Of a DNA stretch of 36,644 nucleotides, positions 28,652 through 36,644 are shown one piece after another (positions within the stretch are counted from its first letter, which is position 1; each line of letters begins with the position of its first letter). The stretch comes from Flavobacteriaceae bacterium (lineage in GTDB: Bacteria > Bacteroidota > Bacteroidia > Flavobacteriales > Flavobacteriaceae). The position numbers were made by a program, and so were the translations under genes. The stretch is from NCBI GenBank assembly GCA_037969605.1, contig JBBKXS010000324.1:1-36644 (forward strand), in the 5' to 3' direction. The notes beneath the pieces were generated by a model that ran no database searches, was not told the origin of the DNA, and saw only the letters and a list, made by a program, of their open reading frames with translations.

Positions 28652-29193
28652 TATAAAGTTTGCGAGCTTAAGCTTGCTTTGTAATGTTCTATTTTTTCTT
28701 TTAAAATCAACCTTGCACGAGCGAGATTTGATTTAGATGTTCCTGTTGAAATATGTAGCATTTCAGCTATTTCTTTATGCGAATAATCATCTAATACATA
28801 AAGGTTAAAAACCAATCGGTAACGATTTGGAAGTTCTTGAATGATCTTTAATAAAAAATCGATGCTAATTGTGTCCTCATCAATATCGATGGACTCATCT
28901 TCTATTTGATTTTTATTTACAAGGTCAAAAACCCCAACACTCCTATAACACTGCAGCGCAGTATTAATCGTGATTCGTTTCATCCAGCCTTCAAAAGAAC
29001 CTATATTTTTAAATTGTGAAATTTTTTTAAAAATAGTCACAAAAGCATCTTGCAGATTATCTTCTGCCTCAGCGTAATTTCTCGAATATTTAAGGCAAAC
29101 TGAAAACAATTTACTCGCAAAGAGTTTATATATTTGACTTTGAGCCTTAACATCGTTTTTTTTACATTGCTCTATGAGTTGCTCTAAACTCAC
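28651..29193 (-). CDS. ECF RNA polymerase sigma factor
   Basis: GTG start; region 2 AEDNLQDAF...FEGWMKRITIN; region 4 LPNRYRLVFNL...SHKEIAEML.IS.GTSKSNLARAR. Confidence 0.95.
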   Translation of the reverse strand: MSLEQLIEQCKKNDVKAQSQIYKLFASKLFSVCLKYSRNYAEAEDNLQDAFVTIFKKISQFKNIGSFEGWMKRITINTALQCYRSVGVFDLVNKNQIEDESIDIDEDTISIDFLLKIIQELPNRYRLVFNLYVLDDYSHKEIAEMLHISTGTSKSNLARARLILKEKIEHYKASLSSQTL

Positions 29194-29223
29194 ATGTTAT
29201 AGGTGTTAATTAATCCAAAATAT

Positions 29224-29634
29224 TTATTCAACCACAGGGACTTCAACTATATAATATAAATCATTCCCGTTATTATCTTCACCCTGCCAAAATTTAAATA
29301 CATAAGTTCCATTACTAGTGACTATAAAATTAAAAGTAGCGTCAACTAGTTCAACAGCTTGTGTGCAAACTCGGTCGTCATATACAGTATTAATAACAGC
29401 TATTGTTCTTTGATTGAGCTCTTTTACGTAATAAAAATCGTTAAACACGTAACAACTTGAAGGTCTATAATAATGTACGGTGATGGGATAGGTTTCGCCA
29501 AGTGTAAATTCATCCGGAATGTCTACACTTTCAATTGGAAGAATTTCGAAATGATAATTTGGGGAATTATTATCGCCCAAAGTACAAGACACTAGTGTGC
29601 ACAACAAAACACAATAAATAATCAATTTATTCAT
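29224..29634 (-). CDS. Small lipoprotein of unknown function, first gene of the ECF operon
   Basis: Lipobox LVSC; beta-rich mature part with a Cys pair (SSCYVF, RVCTQA). Confidence 0.8.
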   Translation of the reverse strand: MNKLIIYCVLLCTLVSCTLGDNNSPNYHFEILPIESVDIPDEFTLGETYPITVHYYRPSSCYVFNDFYYVKELNQRTIAVINTVYDDRVCTQAVELVDATFNFIVTSNGTYVFKFWQGEDNNGNDLYYIVEVPVVE

Positions 29635-29668
29635 ACGACAAAAAGTTTAATAGAACACCTTTATAAGC

Positions 29669-29699
29669 TGTAGATGCAATGTAATTATAAAGGTTGCGT
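29669..29699 (-). promoter_or_regulatory. Putative ECF-sigma promoter, copy 1 (ACGCAACCTTT-N12-CATCTACA)
   Basis: AAC-containing -35 and CATCTA -10; 34 nt upstream of the lipoprotein ATG; both boxes repeated exactly at 30826-30856. Confidence 0.75.
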
Positions 29700-29708
29700 C
29701 TGAAAAAC

Positions 29709-29738
29709 AAAATATCCCGAAAGAAAACGGGATATTTT
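29709..29738 (-). terminator. Rho-independent terminator of recA
   Basis: AAAATATCCCG-N8-CGGGATATTTT followed by GTTTTT on the minus strand, 6 nt after the recA stop. Confidence 0.85.
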
Positions 29739-29744
29739 CAATGT

Positions 29745-30758
29745 TTAGTCATTCATGGTGCTTGCTTTGGCAATTTTCCTGACTTTATCTTCAAGTTCAT
29801 CCATGAGCTCTGGATTGTCTTTTAAAAGGGCTTTAACAGCATCTCTGCCTTGACCAAGTTTGGTGTCCTCATAACTAAACCAAGACCCGCTTTTTTTGAT
29901 AATTTCATTATCTACCGCTATATCGATTACTTCTCCAACTTTAGAAATGCCTTCACCATACATAATATCAAATTCTGCAGTTTTAAATGGAGGGGCAACC
30001 TTGTTTTTAACCACTTTTACCCGGGTTTTATTACCTGCCACAGTGCCATCTGTTTCTTTTATCTGAGTTGAACGCCGAATATCCAATCTTACTGAAGCAT
30101 AAAATTTTAATGCATTTCCTCCAGTTGTGGTTTCTGGGTTTCCAAACATAACTCCTATTTTTTCACGCAATTGATTAATGAAAATCACAGTACAATTGGT
30201 TTTACTTATGGATCCGGTTAACTTTCTTAATGCTTGAGACATTAATCGCGCGTGCAATCCCATTTTAGAGTCACCCATTTCACCTTCAATTTCGCTTTTG
30301 GGAGTCAATGCAGCAACAGAATCGATAACTACAATGTCAATTGCGCCTGAACGAATTAAATTATCAGTTATTTCCAGAGCCTGTTCTCCGTTATCGGGTT
30401 GGGAAATAATTAGATTATCCAAATCTACACCTAACTTTTCGGCATAATGTCTATCAAAAGCATGTTCAGCATCAATAAAAGCCGCTATGCCTCCAGTTTT
30501 TTGGGCTTCGGCTATCGCATGTAGTGCTAATGTGGTTTTTCCTGACGATTCTGGGCCATAAATTTCAATCACTCTTCCTCTGGGATATCCACCTACACCC
30601 AAAGCTATATCCAAACCTAAAGATCCAGTTGAAATGGAATCAACATCTACCACGGCTTGGTCACTCATTTTCATTACGGTTCCTTTCCCATAGGCCTTGT
30701 CCAGCTTATCCAATGTAAGTTTTAATGCTTTTAATTTTGCGTCTTTTTCACTACTCAT
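29745..30758 (-). CDS. recA: Recombinase RecA
   Basis: [44 protein letters not shown]. Confidence 0.99.
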   Translation of the reverse strand: MSSEKDAKLKALKLTLDKLDKAYGKGTVMKMSDQAVVDVDSISTGSLGLDIALGVGGYPRGRVIEIYGPESSGKTTLALHAIAEAQKTGGIAAFIDAEHAFDRHYAEKLGVDLDNLIISQPDNGEQALEITDNLIRSGAIDIVVIDSVAALTPKSEIEGEMGDSKMGLHARLMSQALRKLTGSISKTNCTVIFINQLREKIGVMFGNPETTTGGNALKFYASVRLDIRRSTQIKETDGTVAGNKTRVKVVKNKVAPPFKTAEFDIMYGEGISKVGEVIDIAVDNEIIKKSGSWFSYEDTKLGQGRDAVKALLKDNPELMDELEDKVRKIAKASTMND

Positions 30759-30825
30759 TTATATAATATTTTCTTATTGATATGACAGCTAAAATACGAC
30801 AACTTTTCATCTTTTCAATAGGATC

Positions 30826-30856
30826 ACGCAACCTTTTTACACTTTTCACATCTACA
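30826..30856 (+). promoter_or_regulatory. Putative ECF-sigma promoter, copy 2 (ACGCAACCTTT-N12-CATCTACA)
   Basis: 19/19 identity to copy 1 in the two boxes, same 12-nt spacer length, different spacer sequence. Confidence 0.72.
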
Positions 30857-30861
30857 ATATA

Positions 30862-31066
30862 TTAAGGGAAAATCTTGCTATGAAATTCTTTAAAAGAACC
30901 ATTTTCAATAACGCTTTAGGTGTTTCAATTGCGGTACGTGTAAACGGCAATTGTAAAGCCGATGGGGGTTAACTCTTATTACAATTTTTTAGAATTAAAT
31001 TAAAAAATTAGTATTAACGAGTTAGTCTAAAAAAAGCATTTCAGAAAGCCTGAAATGCTTTTTTAT
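30862..31066 (+). ncRNA. Candidate ~200-nt small RNA (or small-ORF mRNA)
   Basis: Bounded by ECF-type promoter and strong terminator; internal stem-loop at 30913-30959; ends are estimates. Confidence 0.5.
30880..30972 (+). CDS. Possible 30-aa small protein MKFFKRTIFNNALGVSIAVRVNGNCKADGG
   Basis: ATG 30880 to TAA 30972, 23 nt after the putative -10; below the ORF-track cutoff; no homology evidence. Confidence 0.3.
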   Translation: MKFFKRTIFNNALGVSIAVRVNGNCKADGG

Positions 31067-31070
31067 TTTT
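31030..31070 (+). terminator. Strong rho-independent terminator
   Basis: AAAAAAGCATTTCAG-AAAGC-CTGAAATGCTTTTTT perfect 15-bp inverted repeat plus T tract; no annotated gene ends here. Confidence 0.85.
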
Positions 31071-31096
31071 TAAGGCACACAATACCTGTAAAATAT

Positions 31097-31104
31097 TAAC
31101 TTTG
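31097..31104 (+). promoter_or_regulatory. -7 promoter element (TAACTTTG) for trhO
   Basis: TAnnTTTG match 39 nt upstream of ATG, downstream of the terminator. Confidence 0.65.
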
Positions 31105-31143
31105 TAATAAAAACAATCTTTAACTCTTAAAAATTGGTATAGC

Positions 31144-32214
31144 ATGCAACTGTTCAATAACTTAAGCGCTAAAGAAAGAGCCGAACTTATTGAGCAAGCG
31201 GGAAAAGAACGCTTGACCATCTCTTTCTACAAATACGCCAAAATCGGGAACCCCGAAATTTTTAGAAATCATGTGTTTCTAGCCTGGAACGAAATAGATA
31301 TTTTAGGTAGAATTTATGTCGCTCATGAAGGGATCAATGCCCAACTTTCTATACCCGCAGACCATTTTCAAAAGTTTAAAATTCATTTGGATAGCATTTC
31401 TTTTTTAGAAAATGTTCGTTTAAACATTGCTATAGAACATGATAATTTTGCCTTTTTAAAATTGAAAATAAAAGTACGCGATAAGATCGTAGCTGATGGT
31501 TTGAATGATGAGACTTTTGATGTGACCAATAAGGGAGTCCATGTTGGAGCTCAACAGTTTAATGAACTTATTGATGATCCCGATACCATTTTGGTGGACA
31601 TGCGTAATCATTATGAAAGTGAAATAGGCCACTTTAAAAATGCCATAATGCCTGATGTGGATACGTTTAGAGAATCACTTTCAATCATTGAAGAAGACTT
31701 GAAAGAACATAAAGAAGACAAGAAGCTTGTGATGTACTGCACTGGAGGAATCCGTTGTGAAAAAGCAAGTGCCTATTATAAACACAAAGGTTTTCAACAC
31801 GTATATCAGCTTGAAGGAGGGATTATTAATTATGTAAGACAAGTAGAAACTCAAGGATTGGAAAATAAGTTTGTTGGAAAAAACTTTGTATTTGACGAGC
31901 GCCGTTCTGAACGCATATCTGAAGACGTCATAGCGCATTGCCACCAATGTGGCAAACCTGCCGATTTGCATACCAATTGCGCCAATGAAGCCTGCCATTT
32001 ATTATTTATTCAATGTGATGAATGTAAGGCAAAAATGGAAAATTGTTGTTCGACAACTTGTATGGAAATTAACCGATTGCCTTACGAAGAGCAAAAGGCC
32101 CTACGAAAAGGCCAAGGCAATAGCAACGACATTTTCAAAAAGGGAAGAGCAGACCATTTACCACATAAAAAGGATTTGAGAAATATTTTTGATGTTTTAA
32201 GCAAAGAATCTTAA
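31144..32214 (+). CDS. trhO: Rhodanese-domain tRNA uridine(34) hydroxylase TrhO/YceA family
   Basis: SFYKY, GRIYVAHEGINAQ, DMRNHYESEIGHF, YCTGGIRCEKAS, GKNFVFDER, C-terminal Cys cluster. Confidence 0.9.
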   Translation: MQLFNNLSAKERAELIEQAGKERLTISFYKYAKIGNPEIFRNHVFLAWNEIDILGRIYVAHEGINAQLSIPADHFQKFKIHLDSISFLENVRLNIAIEHDNFAFLKLKIKVRDKIVADGLNDETFDVTNKGVHVGAQQFNELIDDPDTILVDMRNHYESEIGHFKNAIMPDVDTFRESLSIIEEDLKEHKEDKKLVMYCTGGIRCEKASAYYKHKGFQHVYQLEGGIINYVRQVETQGLENKFVGKNFVFDERRSERISEDVIAHCHQCGKPADLHTNCANEACHLLFIQCDECKAKMENCCSTTCMEINRLPYEEQKALRKGQGNSNDIFKKGRADHLPHKKDLRNIFDVLSKES

Positions 32215-32309
32215 TTCATTTTAGTCAATAATTAATCTTATCTTTACGTTTTAAATTAATATTAATCTCCACTCGTTATTATCAATAACGAGTTTTATAT
32301 ACATTTTTT

Positions 32310-33482
32310 ATGAGTTGTAACAGTTGCTCAACTGGAAAAGATGGACAACCCAAAGGATGCAAAAATAACGGAACGTGTGGCACGGATAGTTGCAACAAGT
32401 TAACAGTTTTTGATTGGTTGGCCAATATGTCGTTACCACAGGGAGAAGAACCATTTAATGCTGTTGAAGTACGTTTTAAAAACGGAAGAAAACAATATTA
32501 CAAGAATACCGAAAATTTATCGTTGAGTATTGGTGACATTGTAGCTACTCAGGCGCAATCTGGTCACGACATTGGAATGGTCACGCTTACAGGAGAATTA
32601 GTAAGGATCCAAATGAAGCGAAAAAAAATCGACATCAATAATGAGGAAGAGGTTCTTAAAATTTATCGCAAGGCCAACCAAAAAGATATTGATATTTGGT
32701 CAGCTTCGAGGGATAAGGAAGACCCCATGAAGGTAAAGGCCCGTCAGTTTGCCATAGATCTGAAATTGCAGATGAAAATTTCGGATATTGAATATCAAGG
32801 TGATGCTAGTAAGGCAACCTTTTATTATACAGCGGAAGAACGTGTTGATTTTAGAGAGCTCATTAAGTTATTTGCGAAAGAATTTAGAACTCGAATAGAA
32901 ATGAAACAGGTCGGTTTCCGTCAAGAAGCTTCAAGACTTGGAGGTATTGGTTCCTGTGGGAGAGAATTATGTTGTTCAACTTGGTTAACAGATTTTAGGT
33001 CTGTAAGCACATCTGCAGCACGTTACCAACAGTTGTCGTTAAATCCGTTAAAACTTGCAGGGCAATGCGGAAAGTTAAAGTGCTGTTTAAACTATGAATT
33101 GGATTCCTATTTAGACGCCCTAAAAGATTTTCCAAAAACAGAGATAAAATTATTCACCGAAAAAGGGACAGCAGTATGCCAAAAAACTGATATTTTTAAA
33201 GGACATTTGTGGTATGCTTATGAAGGCGAATGGATGAATTGGCACAAACTTACTACAGTTCAAGCCAATGAAATTATAAGAAAAAACAGTAAAAAAGAAA
33301 AAGTCCCTAACCTTGAAGAATATGCCTTTGAACTTATTGAGGATACTAAAATTGAGTTTGAAAACGTTGTGGGTCAAGATAGTTTAACACGATTTGATAG
33401 TCCAAAACGTAAAAGCAAACGTAGAAATAAGAGAGGAAACCGTAATACAAATCATAAGCCTCAAAAAAATGCCAAGAAATAG
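32310..33482 (+). CDS. ricT: PSP1-domain protein, RicT/YaaT family
   Basis: FYYTAEERVDFRELIK, RIEMKQVG, GGIGSCGRELCCS, KLAGQCGKLKCCLNYE. Confidence 0.88.
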   Translation: MSCNSCSTGKDGQPKGCKNNGTCGTDSCNKLTVFDWLANMSLPQGEEPFNAVEVRFKNGRKQYYKNTENLSLSIGDIVATQAQSGHDIGMVTLTGELVRIQMKRKKIDINNEEEVLKIYRKANQKDIDIWSASRDKEDPMKVKARQFAIDLKLQMKISDIEYQGDASKATFYYTAEERVDFRELIKLFAKEFRTRIEMKQVGFRQEASRLGGIGSCGRELCCSTWLTDFRSVSTSAARYQQLSLNPLKLAGQCGKLKCCLNYELDSYLDALKDFPKTEIKLFTEKGTAVCQKTDIFKGHLWYAYEGEWMNWHKLTTVQANEIIRKNSKKEKVPNLEEYAFELIEDTKIEFENVVGQDSLTRFDSPKRKSKRRNKRGNRNTNHKPQKNAKK

Positions 33483-33969
33483 TATCTGGATAGTATTGAT
33501 TATTTGTGCTGTTTTTAGTTCTTGTGATTCCAATCGTATTTTTGATGAGTATAAATCAGTTCCTAATCAATGGCATAAGGATACTATAATTTCGTTTAAT
33601 ATTATCCCTTCAGATTCTATAAACAACTATAATTTGTTTATTAATTTGAGAAACACAAATGAGTACAAATACAACAATTTGTTTTTGATCGTTGAAATGG
33701 ACTTTCCCAATGGGAAAACTCTCAAGGATACGTTGGAATATAAAATGGCTGACCCTAACGGTAAACTTTTGGGAACTGGATTTACCGATGTTAAAGAGAA
33801 TAAATTGTGGTATAAAGGCTATGACAAGCCATTTATTTTTAACGAAACGGGAGAGTATAAAATTAAGATTCAACATGCGATGAGACAAAATGGTCAGGTC
33901 AATGGGATTGATAATTTAGAGGGGATTACTGACATTGGCTTTAGGATTGAATATTCAAAAACTAATTAA
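33469..33969 (+). CDS. gldH: Gliding motility lipoprotein GldH
   Basis: Start ATG 33469 gives lipobox FSSC-D; YNLFINLRN..Y.YNNLFLIV, DTLEY.MA...G..LG.G, GITDIGFRIE. Confidence 0.9.
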   Translation: MPRNSIWIVLIICAVFSSCDSNRIFDEYKSVPNQWHKDTIISFNIIPSDSINNYNLFINLRNTNEYKYNNLFLIVEMDFPNGKTLKDTLEYKMADPNGKLLGTGFTDVKENKLWYKGYDKPFIFNETGEYKIKIQHAMRQNGQVNGIDNLEGITDIGFRIEYSKTN

Positions 33970-33971
33970 TT

Positions 33972-36296
33972 ATGGCTAAAAAAATAGCTAGCAAAAAACA
34001 TACAACACAAGATTTTTCAAAATATATTCGCTGGTTTTGGAAACTGTTTGTAACTGGAATCCTTTTTGTTGTTCTTATATTTTTACTTGCATCTTGGGGT
34101 GCTTTTGGCGAAATGCCCGATCATACCATATTAGAAAACCCGCATACAAATTTAGCTACTGAGATTATTACTTCTGATGGTAAAACCCTTGGAAAATTTT
34201 ACCTCAACGACAACAGAACACCTGTAGAGTATTCCGAGCTTCCTAAAAATTTAGTCAATGCATTAATTGCCACAGAGGATATGCGTTTTATGCAGCATTC
34301 TGGGATTGATGCTAGGGGAACTTTAAGAGCTATCGTAAAACTTGGTAGTGGTGGAGGGGCAAGTACTATTTCGCAGCAATTGGCAAAGCAATTATTTCAT
34401 GGTGAAGGATCTAAAAATATTATAGAAAGAATATTGCAAAAAGCTAAGGAATGGATCATTGCCATTCGATTGGAACGACAATATACCAAGGAAGAAATTA
34501 TTGTAATGTATTTTAATGTTTATGATTTTGGTAATAATGCCGATGGTATTAGAAGTGCATCACGTATTTATTTTGGTAAAGAGCCTAAGGATTTAGATTT
34601 AAAAGAATCAGCTATGTTAGTAGGGATGTGTCAAAATTCATCATTCTATAATCCCATACCGAGTAGAAATCCAGTAGGCGTAAAAAACAGACGTAACGTG
34701 GTGTTGGCTCAAATGGAAAAGTCTGACTACATTACGGAACAAGTAAAAGACTCTCTTCAAAAAACGGAATTAGATTTAAAATTTTCTCCAGAATCCCATC
34801 GCGAAGGGATAGCCACCTATTTCAGGGCCTATTTGTCTGATTTCATGAAAAAATGGATTGCTGAAAATCCAAAACCTGATGGGTCAAAATATAATTTGTA
34901 TAATGATGGTTTGAAAATTTTCACCACAATAGATTCCCGTATGCAGCATTATGCTGAGGCCGCGGTTCAAAGACATATGCCAAGACTCCAAGCTGAATTT
35001 GATCACCAGAATACACCCAACAGGAATGCTACAGCACCATTTTTGGAATTGGACAATGAAGAAATTGCGGCACTAATGAAAAGGGGTATGAGGCAGTCCG
35101 AACGCTGGAGGGTAATGAAAGTGAAAGGAATAAGCGAAAAAGATATCGAGGCATCGTTCTATAAACCCAAAGATATGACCATATTTGCTTGGAAAGATGG
35201 TTTGGCTACCGAAATAGATACGATCCTGAAACCAATAGATTCCATGAGGTATTACAAATCGTTCTTACATCCAGGAATGATGTCTTTGGATCCCAATACT
35301 GGCCATGTTAAAGCTTGGGTTGGAGGAATGAATTACAGGCATTTTCAATATGACCATGTCAAACAGGGTAAGCGGCAAGTGGGTTCAACATTTAAACCAT
35401 TTGTTTATGCTACAGCTATTGACCAGCTACATTTATCTCCATGTGACACATTTCCAAAGCAACAAATTACTATTGAAGCGAACAAATTCGGTAACCCAGA
35501 ACCTTGGACAACAAAAAACTCTGATGGAGAATACGCTGGATATGTAACTTTAAAAAGCGCTTTAGCCAATTCAATTAATACCGTTACAGCCCGTTTAATG
35601 GATAAAGTTGGGCCCCAACCGGTCATTGATATGGCAAAAAAACTAGGAATAGAACAAGATATTTTACCAGTACCATCAATAGCTCTAGGCACTCCAGATT
35701 TAAGTGTTTATGAAATGGTGGCGGCCTATGCCACATTTGCCAACAAAGGCGTTTATAATAATCCTGTAATGGTGACTCGCATTGAGGACAAAAACGGAAC
35801 CATTTTATATCAGTTTACACCAGAGTCTAAAGATGTTCTAAGTGAAGAAGTAGCTTTTGTAACCACTAGTTTATTGGAAGGTGTAACAGAGTATGGCTCC
35901 GGTGCTCGGTTACGACGAACGTGGGGAGCTGAAACCCCTGTTTATAAAGAAATCATAACAGGCTATCCTTATGCATTTGACAATCCTATTGCTGGTAAAA
36001 CAGGAACCACACAAAACCAAAGTGATGGTTGGTTTATGGGTATGGTGCCAAATTTAGTGACAGGTGTTTGGGTTGGAGCTGAAGATAGATCTGTACATTT
36101 TAGTTCTATTACCTATGGTCAAGGAGCTTCTATGGCATTGCCTATTTGGGCATTGTATATGAAAAGCTGTTATGCCAATGAAGAATTAGGGATTTCAAAA
36201 GAAGAATTTGAGGCCCCTTTAGAATTGTCAATCAATGTGGATTGTAGTAAGGTAGGCCAAAGCAATAAATCCAAGGAAGATGTTATAGATTTTTGA
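33972..36296 (+). CDS. Class A penicillin-binding protein (PBP1A)
   Basis: TM anchor; transglycosylase EDMRF..HSG, GASTISQQLAK; transpeptidase STFK, SIN, KTG. Confidence 0.95.
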   Translation: MAKKIASKKHTTQDFSKYIRWFWKLFVTGILFVVLIFLLASWGAFGEMPDHTILENPHTNLATEIITSDGKTLGKFYLNDNRTPVEYSELPKNLVNALIATEDMRFMQHSGIDARGTLRAIVKLGSGGGASTISQQLAKQLFHGEGSKNIIERILQKAKEWIIAIRLERQYTKEEIIVMYFNVYDFGNNADGIRSASRIYFGKEPKDLDLKESAMLVGMCQNSSFYNPIPSRNPVGVKNRRNVVLAQMEKSDYITEQVKDSLQKTELDLKFSPESHREGIATYFRAYLSDFMKKWIAENPKPDGSKYNLYNDGLKIFTTIDSRMQHYAEAAVQRHMPRLQAEFDHQNTPNRNATAPFLELDNEEIAALMKRGMRQSERWRVMKVKGISEKDIEASFYKPKDMTIFAWKDGLATEIDTILKPIDSMRYYKSFLHPGMMSLDPNTGHVKAWVGGMNYRHFQYDHVKQGKRQVGSTFKPFVYATAIDQLHLSPCDTFPKQQITIEANKFGNPEPWTTKNSDGEYAGYVTLKSALANSINTVTARLMDKVGPQPVIDMAKKLGIEQDILPVPSIALGTPDLSVYEMVAAYATFANKGVYNNPVMVTRIEDKNGTILYQFTPESKDVLSEEVAFVTTSLLEGVTEYGSGARLRRTWGAETPVYKEIITGYPYAFDNPIAGKTGTTQNQSDGWFMGMVPNLVTGVWVGAEDRSVHFSSITYGQGASMALPIWALYMKSCYANEELGISKEEFEAPLELSINVDCSKVGQSNKSKEDVIDF

Positions 36297-36345
36297 TACC
36301 TAATGTTTCTATCTGGAATCAGGTTTACAATTTAATTAAAAAACG

Positions 36346-36375
36346 AAAGCCGTTCATTTTAGAATGGCTTTTTTA
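36346..36375 (+). terminator. Terminator of the ricT-gldH-PBP1A unit
   Basis: AAAGCCGTTC-ATTTTA-GAATGGCTTT plus T tract. Confidence 0.75.
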
Positions 36376-36408
36376 TTTTGTAATTTTCCGTTGTAAAATA
36401 CTATGTAA

Positions 36409-36644
36409 ATGATCAATAAAAAAGTATCTAATGTAAGTGAAGCGCTCAATGGGGTAGGCGATAATATGACCTTAATGTTGGGAGGTTTTGGGCTTTGTGG
36501 AATTCCTGAAAACGCCATAGCTGAACTTGTAAAGTTAAACGTTAGAGGACTCACTTGTATTTCTAACAATGCAGGAGTAGATGATTTTGGACTTGGATTG
36601 TTACTTCAAAAACATCAAATAAAAAAAATGATATCCTCTTATGT
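36409..36644 (+). CDS. scoA: 3-oxoacid CoA-transferase subunit A (5' part, runs off window)
   Basis: Not in ORF track; my translation [78 protein letters not shown] has the [10 protein letters not shown] and SNNAG motifs. Confidence 0.88.
   Translation, partial: MINKKVSNVSEALNGVGDNMTLMLGGFGLCGIPENAIAELVKLNVRGLTCISNNAGVDDFGLGLLLQKHQIKKMISSY

Noticed and set aside
24155-30758. dprA and recA proximity as a competence island
   Set aside because: Separated by unrelated housekeeping genes; no comEC or pilus genes in the window
36354-36569. 71-aa minus-strand ORF
   Set aside because: Antisense to the clear CoA-transferase A reading frame starting at 36409

Overview
AT-rich core-genome segment of a Flavobacteriaceae (Bacteroidota) chromosome, judged from gldH, sprE-like, split atp operon and TAnnTTTG promoters. 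It carries about 38 mostly housekeeping CDSs: upp, a GT9 glycosyltransferase, a PaaE-like reductase, an ABC pair, sprE-bactofilin-atpZ-atpBEFHAG, a flippase-dut-nucleotidyltransferase-TPR-DUF4292-envC cluster, a thioesterase, an HU/SPOR protein, dprA, trpS, plsC, an ECF sigma module, recA, trhO, ricT-gldH-PBP1A and a truncated CoA-transferase A gene. I saw no tRNA, rRNA, CRISPR, prophage or transposase. The best lead is at 27.1-31.1 kb. A lipoprotein / ECF sigma / putative dual-membrane-spanning anti-sigma operon is preceded by the motif ACGCAACCTTT-N12-CATCTACA. An identical motif with the same spacing occurs on the opposite strand on the far side of recA, in front of an unannotated ~200-nt structured, terminator-bounded unit containing a 30-codon ORF. 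This is a candidate ECF-dependent sRNA or small-protein arm of an envelope-stress system. All family assignments are by eye from motifs and recalled synteny; no searches were run.
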